A stretch of DNA of 64,000 bases from Glaucostegus cemiculus. Taxonomy: Eukaryota. Positions 1 through 12,303 of the stretch are shown here, piece by piece; the first letter of the stretch is position 1; each line of letters begins with the position of its first letter. Location of the stretch: NCBI GenBank assembly GCA_976551045.1, contig CDPCPM010000164.1:5766001-5830000 (forward strand), read 5' to 3'. The notes below the pieces were generated by a model. The model worked only from the letters and a program-made list of their open reading frames with translations. It did no database searches and was not told the origin of the DNA. The translations under genes and the position numbers were made by a program.

Positions 1-644
1 TTTTGTGGGATGTTGCTATGTGCAATGCTACCCCTGTCATCTTGAGATATATAGTTGGTAGCTTGCCATATGTTGAGGTGTTGTTGAGTTATGAACATTT
101 GAAGTTATAAGGTATAATTCTTTACTTAACTCAGTCTAAATGTGTAATATTATATGCACAAACAAGAGGGAATGGCAGGACCTGATATCTAAATCTATAG
201 CGTGACAAGGTTGACCTGTGGTCTGAGGAAAGCCCAAATGGCATGGCTTCTTGTCTCAAGTTACGCTTTTGCTCTGAACCACAATATGTAGTTTGCCCTT
301 GACTTTGATCTCAGAATCAAGGGTGATGTCCCCACCATCTGTTGCTATTCCCCGGTGACTTCTAATTAACATTTAATCCTTCCAAGTCACAGTTCTACAA
401 TGTTTCCTCTACAGACCCTCCAGGCAGTCTGACCAATCCAGCTTGAAGAACATGGGTCTAAATTTGAGAAACTCTTCCATCTCCCCGCTAACTCTTCCCT
501 GTTCTAATTATTTGCTCCACACAATTAGTTATTTGTCCTGTGATCTTATTTTGCAAGCAAGAAAATTATTTGGTATCTCTGTCTCTTTAAATCTAATGAC
601 GTACATTGGAAGTGTAGCCATCATTGTAATGTAAGGAAAACTGC

Positions 645-745
645 CGCTAAAGGCAACTCACCACTGTTTGCTCAAGGGTGCTTAGGAATGGGCAATAAAT
701 GCTGGTCTTGTTGGCAATGCCCAGATCCTGAAAATGAATATAAGT
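645..745 (+). mobile_element. 3' end of a CR1/L2-superclade LINE (second family, 'family B')
   Basis: aaggcaactcaccac...ctcaagggtgcttaggaatgggcaataaatgctgg; the same tail recurs at ~4770, ~9620, ~36270 and ~50450. Confidence 0.6.
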
Positions 746-799
746 TAGAAAGAGCTGACTTGCATACAGCTTGCTCTGATGTTGACTGCAATACTTAAT

Positions 800-1350
800 A
801 CCACTGTGTGAGGGATCAATATAGGTCAGGACACCAGGAATAATTCACCTGCTCTTCCTCAAAAACATTGCCATGGGATATTTTAAGACCAACTGAGAGA
901 AAATACAGTAATTCAGTTTAATGTTCCATCCACAGTGTGGCACCTCCAGCAGTGTAGCACATGCTCAGAGCTTTCACTGAAGCGTCAGTCTAGACATGGT
1001 AGTGTAGCAGTTAAATGTATAACAACCAGGGTTCAATTCCTGCTGCTGTCTGTAAGGAGTTTGTATGTTCTCCCCATGACTGCATGGGTTTCTCCAGGTG
1101 CTTGAGTTTCCTCCTACATTCCAAAGACGTACAGGTTAGGAAGTTGTGGGTGTGCCATTTTGGTGCCAGAAGTGTGGTGACACTTGCGGGCTGCCCCCAA
1201 ACATTCTATGCAAAGATGCATTTTGCTGTGTTTCGATGTATGTGTGACTAATAAAAAAAAATCTTATCTTTCGTGCCCAACATTTTGGGAGTGAATCTTG
1301 ACCTGATGACTCAAGAGGTAAAACGACTAGTAACTGAGCTACAGTTGACT
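800..1350 (-). mobile_element. Deu-domain SINE (SacSINE1-like) split by a V-SINE insertion at 995-1270
   Basis: caggacaccagg...ctgctcttcctc...gccatgggatatttta...cacctccagcagtgtagcac...gtcagtctaga, resuming after 1270; matches the copy at 22050-22430. Confidence 0.6.
995..1270 (+). mobile_element. tRNA-derived V-domain SINE with Rex1/Babar-like tail
   Basis: A-box-like tggtagtgtagcag, B-box ggttcaattcc, V-domain ggtgc...tttcctcc..cat, tail gtgactaataaa-atcttatctt; close copies at 7054, 26766 and 39321. Confidence 0.8.
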
Positions 1351-1512
1351 CAAAGTTCATGGGTAAGATCCAGGAGGAGTTGACCCACTGGTGATTCAGT
1401 ACATCTCTGCAAGGTTCTCCCAGCAAGGAGGTTTTGTACCCTAACAGCTGTAAATCAAGGTCCCAATCCTACTTTGGCTTCATTTGGGTTCCAGTTGTCA
1501 TTTGAATATGTC

Positions 1513-2236
1513 TGATAAGAGGCAGTACATTCTTAAGGGTGAGACCCTTAACAGTGTTGAAGAGCAGAGAGACCTTGGGGTGCAACTCCATGATTCATTG
1601 AAAATGGATGCACAGGTAGATAGGGTGGTTAAGAAGGCTTATGGAATGCTTGCATTTATTAATCGGGGTATTGAGTATAGGAGTCAAGAAGTTATGATGT
1701 ACCTCTATAGAACTAGTTAGGCTGCATTTAGAGTATTGCGTGAAATTCTGGCCACCTCACTATAGGAAGGATGTCGAGGCTTTAGAGAGGGTGCAGAGGA
1801 GGTTTACCAGGATGCTGCCTGGATTAGAGGGCATGAGCTAATAGGTGAGGCTGGACAAACTTGGACTCTTTTCTCTGGAGTGGCAGATGCTGAGGGGTGA
1901 TCTGTTGGAGGGGCATAGATAGGGTGGACAAGCAATATTTTTCCCAATTACGGAGTGATCCAATACCAGAGGACATGCATTTAAAGTGAGAAGAGGTAGG
2001 TTCAGAACAGACGTGAGGGGTACGTTTTTACTGAGTGGTGGATGCCTGGAATGTGTCGCCTGATAGGGTGGTGGAGGCAAATTCATTGGGGGCTTTTAAG
2101 AGGGGCTTAGATGGGCACATGGATGAGAGGAAAATGGAGGGATATGGGCATTCTGTAGGTGGGAGGGATTAGCTCTATCGGCACAACATTGTGGGCTGAA
2201 GGGCCTGTTCTGTGCTATACTGTTCTACATTCTAAG
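1513..2236 (+). mobile_element. 5'-truncated CR1 LINE (ORF2 C-terminus plus 3' UTR)
   Basis: ORF 1484-1720 QRDLGVQLHDSLK...VVKKAYGMLAFINRGIEYRS; tail gggctgaagggcctgttctgtgct. Confidence 0.92.
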
Positions 2237-2749
2237 ATGATGTGTACAAACTTAATGTCACTCTAGCTGCTGATTTTTAGCCACTGAGTGGGAAGAGTGG
2301 AAATTCTTGCCTTAGGCATTTGCCTCAGCTCTACACTCTTGCGTACTGGTGGCTTTGTAGCAGTGTGAAGTTCTGGGCTCAACATGAGGATGCAACCTTG
2401 AACTTGGAGCCAAGACAGTTGCACACCTCCAACCATGTTTTTTTTAACATAAACTTAAGGTATTGCCTTCTTTTGTCACCAGACACAGCCCGTTTCATGA
2501 CTGCTACTTTAGCATCAGTGGAAGTAATTCTGGCTTAAACCTATATCAATGGAATTAAAATGGGAAGATGTGTGGCTGTCATGTACACCTGGTGTATTCA
2601 AATGAGAAATGACCACTGACAAAGGTGGAACACAATTAGAAGCCCAAGAAGAATGACTTGTGTATGTTTGGTATAATGGCTAATAACCAAATATCACCCA
2701 TTATACAACAAATAGTTTTTAACAGTCAAGGCAGCAGAGGGCCAATGTT

Positions 2750-3260
2750 ATGAGTTAATTCCAGACAGAGGGGTTAATGCAGCTGAAGGAGGGTTGTGCC
2801 AAATGGAGGGGTACACAAAAGGTTAGAGTCAGCAGGCTGAAAGAAGCCACAAAGTTATAAGGTTTAATAACATGCATTAGGATTTTGAAATGGGAGCATT
2901 GGAGATCAGAGATCTGTGAGTACTGAGGATGATGATAACCCAAGAATGGCTTAATGCGTAGTGTGGGGCAGTGCAAGTTAGAGCTAATGGGGAAACACAA
3001 TGGAAGGTCATAAGAGAGCATTAGTGAACACTGAATCCAGAGGTGGAAAAAAACATGGATAAGAATGTCAGTGGTAAAGGGTTGAGAATGGGCTAGAGGT
3101 GAGGAAAGTTAGAGGGTGAGAATGTGGAATTTGAACATAGTTCTGAGTGGAAAATAAAGCCAAGATTTCATTCAATGTGAGTGTGTGTTAGTGAACATTG
3201 AATCCAGAGGTGAGAAAAATATGGATAAGATTATCAATGTTACAGGGGCTGAGAATGGAC
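2750..3260 (-). mobile_element. Decayed L2 LINE fragment with an internal ~70-bp duplication (3021-3092 / 3188-3260)
   Basis: Minus-strand translation HFKILMHVIK resembles the L2 LHWLP..RI.FKIL motif; ttagtgaaca.tgaatccagaggtg occurs twice. Confidence 0.55.
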
Positions 3261-4101
3261 CAATTCAACATGACTCTTGAGTGTCCACTTGGATGAGAAA
3301 GAAAGGACAAGCACCTCAAATACTCGAGAGGTTAGATGGAGAATAATAACCACTTTTTTTGGGTTGAAGTCCATTTTTGGAAGAGGTGAGACTAATGAGG
3401 AAAGTCTGAAGTTTCAACTCTCTGTGCTGAGTTATCTGGTCACCAGGACAGGGTGCAAGGAGAAAACTAAATAGAGTTGCAATGCCCTCATGGGTCACTG
3501 ATCTGCTGGACAATATCCCAGATTTTGTTGACTTAATTAAGCTTTTAAAGAAATATAAATGAGTCAGAGTTATATCATCCACATAATTACCAACAGTCAC
3601 CAGCAGATATGAGCTCATGAACCCATGTTGTCTCCAAGTAATATTTCATGGCTGGCATGTTACTCTCATTGTAACTCTGTTACACACATGGCCATTGCCT
3701 ATGGAAGCTGGCTGTCTTCAATTTGAATAAGAAGGCTTCAAATAAAACATTTTGCAAAGTAACAATAATTGGAAGTGGATTCTGTAAAGGACAAGTGAGC
3801 AGAATATAATTAAAGCTTAAATTGAACTACTTTTCCCCCCAATAATAAGTGCACTCTGAATTTCAAGGTAAACTCAATAATAGTTAAAAATTCTATCATC
3901 CTATGCAGTGATATATAAAAGAAATTGCACTTGTATAAATGATCTTCACATCATTTTCATAATGTCCTGAAGTGCTTTACAGCTAGTGAATTTTTTATTC
4001 TCTCTCATGGAAATGTATAAAGATTATATTCTTCCACAAAGTGGTATATAAACATTTTATCCCTCACTCTACCCAGTTAAACACAATTTAACACTTGTGT
4101 A

Positions 4102-4391
4102 CGGGTTGTCCCCAGGTAACAAACAGATTCTGTGTTATAGACATCTGTGGGTCGGGAAGTACACACAATCACTTGATATGGTAACTGTACCTCCACAGTA
4201 GTGTAATTAATAGCATCAAAAGCACAAGAATGATAAAGAACAGTTACTAAAAGTGGAGAGAGGAAACTAGTTTTGCTGTTTTAACAAATACATGTACATT
4301 GGTTGGACTTTTGAATTTAATAGTATTATAGGAGCACATGCATATGTAGGGGTGTCCATAAGTTGGACATTCTTAACCCAGGGACAGCCTG
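4102..4391. mobile_element. Tc1/mariner (pogo/Tigger-like) non-autonomous MITE
   Basis: Imperfect TIRs ta|cgggttgtccccaggtaac and ttaacccagggacagcctg|ta, both flanked by TA. Confidence 0.6.
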
Positions 4392-4769
4392 TATCTCCCT
4401 TTAAAACAGTGGATTATTTGAACCAAATTGAAGGATGTCATCTTGTGGGGAGGGCAGGGAGGAATTAGTATTTTGTTAATTGACTAACGCAATAAGAAAG
4501 CCAACATTACACAAACCTAAATAAATAGTGGAGAGTAGAATTTCACTCCCTGTTGTGAAATTGTGCTTCCCGTTATTGGTTTGTGAGTGAATTGGGAACT
4601 GGTCAATGAGTGTGTGCCATCCAAAACATGGGTAAGAATCTCAATGGTAAAAGCACGGCAGCAAATCTCTAAAGCGTCTTGTGATCATGTGACCTTTAGC
4701 AGCTGGCAGCAGGTGCATGGGAAAATCACCACCAGCTGTTTTGCCTCCATGTCATAATCTACCACCCCA

Positions 4770-4960
4770 ATCTGGAAGTACAGAAGGCCACTACTTCATA
4801 GTCACTAAGTAATGAAACTTCATACTCAACAAGACTGTGGAAGTACCTTCACCAGAAGGATTGTAGTGAATCATGAAGGAGGCTAACCACCTTCTTGGAC
4901 CCTTCAGGGCAATTAGGTCAATAAATACTGGCCTCTCCAACTATGCATTTAAAAAAAAAC
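4770..4960 (+). mobile_element. LINE family B 3' end
   Basis: ctgtggaagtaccttcaccagaaggattgtag...aaggaggctaaccac...gggcaattagg...caataaatactggcc. Confidence 0.55.
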
Positions 4961-5089
4961 CCCATATGAATAGTGGTAAATTCACCTCCAAAGAACTCAC
5001 GTAGCACAACTTTAGTGTGCAAGTAGAGGTAGACTCCTACCCTCTTGAAATTGTTGCATGATTCAATGATTTAGGAGCAACTACTTGCC

Positions 5090-5250
5090 CTCTGCAATCA
5101 AGTTTCTGAATGATCCATGAGCACTACCTCATTAAATTACAAAAATAAATAAGAATATAGATTTTTACATCTTTGCGCTGTACTGCTGTTGCAAAACAAT
5201 GAATTTCACGTCATATGCCAGTGATAATAAATCTGACTTTGATTCTGATG
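5090..5250 (+). mobile_element. Rex1/Babar LINE 3' tail
   Basis: tttctgaatgatccatga...cactacctc...gaatttcacgtcatatgccagtgataataaatctga; related to 23870-24250 and 54675-54990. Confidence 0.65.
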
Positions 5251-5909
5251 TTAATGTGTCTGCTCCTTTCCCGTCACACCTCACCCTTGTCTCTTTCACA
5301 AGAACCTCTAAAGTCAAACCTGTTGCAATTTGACTTGGTTTGGCAGGGAGAAGTGAGATTACTTTAAGCTCAAAGATCCAAACAGAAGCCTCCTTGTTGT
5401 TTGTATTTAATTGGCAGAGGGAAGGGGATGGCTGAAACCTCTGTTGCAGCTGCAGAGGCTTAATTGGGGTTTGGTGGCTAAGAAATGCTTGAAAATTTAA
5501 GCTGCTTGAAATTGAATGAATTTTACTGTATTTCCTGGAAGTCAGCTGGCTGGCTTGCAAATATTTGTCCAGAAACCTAGTTCCAATTTGAACAGTCACA
5601 CTTTCAACTGGGGATGTTCTATTCTGCGTAAAGTTACCTAAGTTTCGTGCACTGTACTCTGGCCAGGATCACTCACTGTTCTATTCATGTATATTAATAC
5701 ATGAACAACTGTACAAAAGGAGGTGGTTCCTGTCTGTAACACTAGCATTGCAGTTCTTCCCTCGCACCCTGATGTTGATCAGATGAAATAAAATCAAAAG
5801 AAATATCAAGGCAATAACTCATAGCTAACTCGCAATGATTTATTAACTTGGAAATGTAGCCAATGTGATCACTTAGAATACTTCCTGCACAGAAAACAGT
5901 TAAATAACA

Positions 5910-6210
5910 AGGTTCCAGCAACATAGGTTCAATTCTAACCTTTGCATGGAGTTTGCATGTTCCTCCTGTGGCCCTGTGAATTCCTTTGGGCACTCCAGTT
6001 TCCTCCCACATCCTAAAGACATGCAGGTTGGTAGGTTAATTGGCTGCTGTCAATAACCCCTAGTGTGTTGGTGAGTGGACTAATCTGGGGGGAGTTGATG
6101 AAAATGTGGGGAGAATAAAAACAGGTAATTTGTGTCAGATCAGTGGTTGGCACAGACTTGGTGAGCTGAAGGGCCTGTTTCCATGCTGTATCTCATGCTC
6201 CATGACTCTA
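5910..6210 (+). mobile_element. HE1-like V-SINE with CR1-type tail
   Basis: ggttcaattct...tggagtttgcatgttc...tccagtttcctcccacatcctaaagac...ggtaggttaattggc, ending gagctgaagggcctgtttccatgctgtat. Confidence 0.75.
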
Positions 6211-6739
6211 AAGTATTTTAAAAATTCAAAACATCATGCTAAAATCTACATATTGAATTATCTGTATTTGCCCATTATCTGTGTCCACCTGGAAACCTGC
6301 TAAAACTGTTGGAACCCAGGTTTTATGGTTATGTTGTGTTGCAGCTGCTTTTCCTGACTTTCTATCCTCCTTTATTGTCTAAGGGTCGTAACCTTCAATT
6401 TTTCTTCTTTCCAAACGTTTTTCATTAGATTTCTATACCTCTGTGACGTAAAATATAATTGACTTTGTTTAAAAACCTTAATTACTTAGAATTTCAAGAA
6501 GTGAGCTTTTATTCAATGTTGTGGGGGTCATGGGGATGGGTAGGGGTGGGGAGGAGTAATTCTCTCAGCTGCTTTCCACAGCTTTGTGGAAGTGATGAAA
6601 ACCCCGGAGAATCATCTTACCACTGTAATGCCAGGTAACTCCTGCCCCACTGCTAGAGGAATTCAGTCCCTAAGGATAGGTTTGGCTTTATAACCTCAAA
6701 CTTCAAGTCATTAAGTAATTTGCAGAAGAAGCTTCAAAG

Positions 6740-6920
6740 ACAGACTTGCATTTAAATATCCCTTTCACATTGTCTCAAAGTTTTAAAGGCAATGAGTACT
6801 TTTAAAACCTACTCACTATTCTCATGGGAAATACAGCAACCAATTAGCTTGCAGGAAGCTCCCAGCAATAGCTCTGTAAAATTGACCAGATGATCTGCTT
6901 TGGAAATATTGGAGAAAAAT
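6740..6920 (-). mobile_element. Deu-domain SINE 3' part
   Basis: gacttgcattta...caatgagtactttt...gggaaatacagcaaccaatt...gaccagatgatctgc. Confidence 0.5.
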
Positions 6921-7053
6921 ATATATTGATAAGGACACTGAAGAAATTGAATAATGGGAATTTAATATTCTGGATGACAGAGCATCTTATCCAGAAACCA
7001 ATTTTCTTTCTCGTATACAAAAGTGTTACAAACGAAGTGACAGTTGACACACA

Positions 7054-7302
7054 AGATATCTTTTAGTCACGTGTACATCTTTTGTGTAGTGTTCTGGGGG
7101 CAGCCCACAAGTGTTGCCACGCTTCTGGTGCCAACATAGCATGCCCACAACTTCCTAACTGGTACATCTTTGGAATGTGGGAAGAAACTAGAGCACCCGG
7201 AGGAAACCTACACAGACACGGGGAGAACCTACAAACTCCTTACAGACAGATCATTGGTGCTGTAATAGAATTATGTGAACCACTACACTACCATGCCTGC
7301 CC
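7054..7302 (-). mobile_element. V-domain SINE with Rex1-like tail
   Basis: Reverse complement of the 995-1270 / 39321-39615 family. Confidence 0.8.
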
Positions 7303-7476
7303 TTAAATGACAAATGACCATATTTACTTTTTCTATACATATTTTCAAAGTACCATGTTTTTGCTAGGGTATACCACTCTTTATTGTCTTTAAAGGTCTG
7401 TCTTTAGCTGGCTCCTTGAGTTGTGGGTATAGAATCCTTTTACTCAGTGCCAGGTGTAGTGAGGTTTCTCAGCGGA

Positions 7477-7912
7477 TACAGGAGAATGAGAGGGGACGTA
7501 ATAGAAACGTACAAGATGTTGAAAGGAATGGACAAAGTGAATGTGGTCAAGCTGTTTCCCTTGGTGGGGGAGTCCAGGATTAGAGGGTACAACCTTAGAA
7601 TTAGAGGAAGCAGGTTCAAAACAGAGATAAGGAGGAATTTCTTTAGCCAGAGGGTGGTGAACCTGTGGAACTCCTTACCACAGATAGCAGTGGGGGCCAG
7701 ACCATTGGGGATATTCAAGAAGGAAATAGATAGATATCTAATTGGTAGAGGTATCAAGGGATATGGAGATAAGGCAGGAATTTGGAGTTAGAATAGTTTT
7801 TTCTCATTCTTTTTCATCCTCTTTTTTTTCCCTCTTTTTCCCCACCCTCCCTTCCCTTTGGAGCAGACTCGATGGGCTGAGAGGCCTGCTTCTGCTCCAA
7901 GATCTTGTGATA
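7477..7912 (+). mobile_element. 5'-truncated CR1 LINE, fairly young
   Basis: Uninterrupted RRMRGDVIETYKMLKG...RNFFSQRVVNLWNSLP. Confidence 0.92.
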
Positions 7913-8339
7913 TGGCTGCTTCTCCTTGTGCTTTAGCTGTGGCAACTGGAGCTGTGACCTCTGACCCCATTTCCCTGCTCTGTCTAATCTTCCTTTGCAA
8001 TTGCAGCAAACATTCCCCATGTCACAATGTGTAGCATTTCTCATTTCTCACCCTTGCTATCCTGGGCCTCTGATCGAGATTGTCATTAGGGTCTGATTAT
8101 AGGCTGATGTGGATCCAAATCTACCAGCAAACACAACTGAAAATATCCAAACTCAAAGCCAACATTTTTTGCATAACTGCAGTCCCAAAAGGAAGTTTCT
8201 CTACTACAGTCTGAGCACCATTAATAAAATATGTGCCACAGTTTTTATGCTGCATAGCAAGCTGGATTTTGAACAAAAGATTCTCCTGGCCAAACTCCTG
8301 TCTTCCATCTATCATGAACTTGATCTAAACCAAATTCTG

Positions 8340-8700
8340 GTGCTCCTTTTTTAACTGGTACCAAGGACACACTCTGTTACTCCCCCATATTGGTTCCTAG
8401 TCCAGCGATGTCACAGTCTTTAAACTCTCATCCTTGTTCTTAAATCCATTCCCTACCTGTGCAGCCTCCCTCAACCTTGCAGCCATCCAAACATTTGAGG
8501 TCCTCCAGTTTTGGTTTCTTATGACTTCCTTGACTTTGATCAGCTCTGTTGACCAGGCCTTCAGCTGCCAAGCTCTGGAGTTGAGTGTGAAATAAACCTC
8601 TCTGCCTCTTTTTATTTTTATTTTCCCTTGCCCTCCTTTGTTTTAGACAATCCATAAAACTAGCTTTTTGGTCACCCTTTTATTATTGCCATTTGTTTCT
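8340..8700 (+). mobile_element. Decayed L2 LINE 3' fragment
   Basis: tattggttcctagtcc...tttaaactctcatccttgtt...gccttcagctgccaag...tttggtcacc. Confidence 0.5.
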
Positions 8701-9619
8701 TGGAGGCAAATTCAGTCTGACATTCTGTGTACGTTTTATTGCTATAGAAATGCCATTGATAGAATTTTCACAGAAGTTTTCAGCCCATCATAACTATGGT
8801 GGTCTGTGGTGATGTTACTGTACTGTTTTGTACATTTTCCTGTTTCAGTTTTGTTATGGAGGTCCAGAATGATATTCCTAAAATACATTAAAAAACCTGA
8901 TGACCTTCGCTGTCTGTATATCAATGGAAAACAACAGGGTTGTGACTGGGAAGTACTTCCATAGGAGCTTCCTAGGTCAGTTCATCTGCATTTCCACCAG
9001 ACCTGTGCATGACAGAACTCAGGGCACTGAATGTTACTTATCTCAGCCTTCAGGCTTTGTGCCAAGCTCCCCTATCTTTGCCTAGGGACTGGAAGACTGC
9101 ATTCAGGAGATGTACAATTCAACGTTTAATCATGTTGAGTGATGGGGACTGGCAGTGATCTTCCCTACTATTAGTGTCAATCTTCCTGAGATCAGTAAGT
9201 CTTGGGAGCAGGGATGAGTACTCTACACACAAGTCATCTGTTTCATGATTTTCTTTTCTTGAAGAGGTCAGGGAAGGTAACATAAATCAAATCAGCTTTC
9301 AGTACATCTCGTGCTGACGTGCTGGATTCTGTTGCCCTGTAAGATCATAAATCTTTCATACTGATGTATTTGAGGGATTTTCTTTTTCTAAAGAAGCTTG
9401 CATGGGACATGGATGCTATTGACTTTACCCTGGAATTAATGAAAACCAGGAACTCTGTAAACCAGGAATTCTGTCACTGCCCTTGCTGTGACAACATATC
9501 TATGAACTTCCTAGCTCCCTGTAATCTTCATCAGTCAGGTGATTAGACCAGTTTGATGGGTATTAAGTAGAACAAAGCAGCTACTCAAACTAGTCTGTGC
9601 ATTAATTTTTTAATATATG

Positions 9620-9860
9620 GGAGTTTCAGCAGGACCAGTCTGTTATACCCTTCCTCCCACAGCCCCTTGAAGAGGGGGTGAGCTGCCTCCTTGGACTGCT
9701 GGAAGTCCATTTGCTGGAGGTGCTCCCATGGTGCTTTGAGGTAGTGAGTTCCAATAATTGGACCCAACATCAGTGAAGCAATGGCAATATGTTGCCAAGT
9801 GACATCAGTGATTCAGCTGGTGTGCAACATGGAGGAAAACTATGATTGGTGGTGATGTGG
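9620..9860 (-). mobile_element. LINE family B 3' end
   Basis: cccttgaagagggggtgagctgcctccttggactgctg...gagttccaataattggaccca. Confidence 0.6.
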
Positions 9861-9865
9861 AGGAT

Positions 9866-10240
9866 TTAGAACATAAGAAACAGGATCAGGAGGGAGGAGG
9901 CCATCTGGCCCATTGAGCCTGCTCTGCCATTCAATAAGATCATGGCTGATCTGGCTGTGGACTCAGATCCACCTACCTGCCTTTTCCCCATAACCATTAA
10001 TTCCCCTACTATGTGTGTAATAAAAAAAAAAAGTGTCTTAAATATATTTAATGAGGTAGCCTCCACTGCTTCCCTGGGCAGAGAATTCCACAGATTCCCT
10101 ACTCTCTGTGGGGTGGGGGGGGGGAGCAGTTTTTCCTCATTTTAGTCCTAAATTTACTGCTATGAATCTTGAGTCTATGTCCCCAAGTTTTAGTCTCATC
10201 TACCACTGGAAACAACATTTCTGTCTCAATTTTTATCCCA
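9866..10240 (-). mobile_element. CR1 LINE 3' end
   Basis: tagaacataagaaacaggatcagg...cattcaataagatcatggctgatct; minus ORF MLFPVVDETKTWGHRLKI. Confidence 0.85.
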
Positions 10241-10281
10241 TTATTAATTTTGTTTCTAACATAAACAGGGCTAACAAAGTG

Positions 10282-10396
10282 GAGACACGAGATTTTGCAG
10301 ATACTGGAAATCTGGAGCAACGCACACAGTGCTGGAGGAACTCGGCAGGTCAGGCAGCATCTATGGAGGGAAATAAACAGTCAATGTTTCAGGTCC
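10282..10396 (-). mobile_element. Penelope-like pLTR fragment
   Basis: gcagatactggaaatctggagcaa...tgctggaggaactcggcaggtcaggcagcatctatggagggaaataaacagtc; same family as 23075-23210. Confidence 0.75.
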
Positions 10397-11074
10397 CAAA
10401 AAATGCAGGGGTCTGTGAGGTGCTTGCATTGTTCCCTACCTGCAGACCCCTGACTTTCCCCTGTTGGCTGCCCCCTTACATTAGGAGAGGAGCATCTTCC
10501 TGAGCTGAAGATACTGCTCAGAACTGGATGAAGATGCCTCCCATCTCCATCTCCAGCTCCCTATGAAGTGTTACCTCAGTGATGCAACAGATATGATGGG
10601 GTACACCTCAGCAGAGAATTCTTCAAATCATTTTCTTGTGAATTTTGTCCTCATCAAGGAGACAGATCCATTTAGCAACCTAGTTAAAAGTTCTTGATCT
10701 GTTTAAATAAATAGTGCTCAAGGAGGTAATCTCACACCATCAACATTTTATTGGTTGTACCACATCTACGCTGGGGTGAAACTGACCTTCAATATTCTGC
10801 AATGTACTGCAGTGATATTCTAGCTTGCAGACCCTAAGTATTGGTATTGGATTATTATTGGACTAATTAGTCCAACAGATTGCACTAGTTCTTTCTTGCT
10901 TCTTCTCTCTCTCCCTCTAATACATCAAGTAAACCTTACAGTGTAACTCTAACTTAATTTATTATATTTATTTAATATTTAAGTTCTGTGCCTATTGTCT
11001 GACATGGGAGTGCCAATGAAATCTCACTGTTCTGTTGTCTCAATGGCTCAATGACAATAAAACAATCTTGAATC

Positions 11075-11168
11075 TTATTGTCACTTGTACTGAGGTACAG
11101 TGAAAAACATGTCTTTCATAGATATGCAAGACAAGTTTTTCACTGTACCTCAGTACAAGTGACAATAA
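11075..11168. repeat. Perfect 34-bp inverted repeat formed by two opposed Rex1-type tails
   Basis: ttattgtcacttgtactgaggtacagtgaaaaac (11075-11108) and its exact reverse complement (11135-11168). Confidence 0.9.
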
Positions 11169-11879
11169 TAATCCCAACACCAATACCGATTACCATTTCT
11201 CACTGTGGGGAGAGGATAGTTCAAAATGCCCATGTGGTCCTACACTATGTGATGCGTTTGTGTTTAGGAAGGCCTGTGTAGAAGCACAGGGGACTGATTA
11301 AACAGTAATGCAGAGGTGAGAGTATAGCTTAACTCATGCAGGAACTGGTTCCTATAGCATAAAATGTTCTCTTCATGCAGAAGGATAGAGAATTTAGTGA
11401 CTTAATCACTGGGGATCATGAAACCAAGGTGCATATTTATAAAGCAAATGGTCAATGCAAGACATTATCACTTTACCTGTCATTCATGTGTTTACAATCA
11501 TATTAATAACTGCTCCTATTCTTTGGTTGTGAACCTGTGGTTCTGCAGTGAAGTCTAGCTTATTTTTAAGCAACAAATTTCCTTCTAGTTTATGATAATG
11601 ATTTACGACACAGATTCTAATGTCATAAACCAAGCGGGGAATTCAGAGGAGATTGTGCCTGTGTTGGTCAGGAGAGCTTGACACTGGCCACACTGGAATC
11701 TGATCCAGCTGCTGTGTGAGGTATCAGAATAGCAGCTGCTTGCAGGCTGATCCTGCACCTACTGGGTGACTAATAGCATTCCAGACGCATCAACTATAGA
11801 CGGCATGTATATGTCCTCGTCTGGTCTCCGTCAATTGCACTTACTGAGAGACAGCTCGGCCTATCAGCAGGAGCTGGGC

Positions 11880-12172
11880 GACCCATTGGCTTTCTGTTGG
11901 TTTCTTCTGTAAATTCACCAGTTTTCCCACCTCATCCTTTGAAGGCGCTCCTCAAGTGCGTGAATGAAGTTGTCAGAGAATCCCGGCGGGGAAATCGGAG
12001 AATCAGAGGATTCGGGAGCTTGACCTAGGCTTTTATTGGCTTTGAGCACATCAGCCAGCTCCCGTCCGCTCTTTAAAGCGACAGCCACGGGGATTTTAGT
12101 CGCCGTAGTGCTGCTGGCGGGATTGGACTCGTCAATTAGAGTAGAGGGAGATAAATAGCAGGTGTCGCTGGC
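11880..12172 (+). promoter_or_regulatory. Candidate promoter / 5' UTR
   Basis: Locally CpG-rich, with three inverted CCAAT (ATTGG) boxes at ~11885, ~12035 and ~12122, directly upstream of an ATG-to-donor segment. Confidence 0.4.
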
Positions 12173-12303
12173 ATGAAGAAACAAACCGGTGACTGCGGCG
12201 TTAACAAACAAGCCGATAAAAGTACTGGTGACATGGCTGCCCATACCTCAGGCTCCGAACCAGTGACATCAGGACAGCCACCGATTCCACAGACTGCACC
12301 AAG
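12173..12303 (+). CDS. Candidate first coding exon of an unidentified gene: MKKQTGDCGVNKQADKSTGDMAAHTSGSEPVTSGQPPIPQTAP, phase 2
   Basis: Open frame from ATG 12173 (second ATG at 12233 in gacATGg context) to donor caag|gtaatc at 12304; non-repetitive and CpG-rich; no homology recognised. Confidence 0.4.

Noticed and set aside
5165-5599. 144-aa minus-strand ORF
   Set aside because: Non-ATG start, runs into an antisense Rex1 tail, no recognisable domain or splice context
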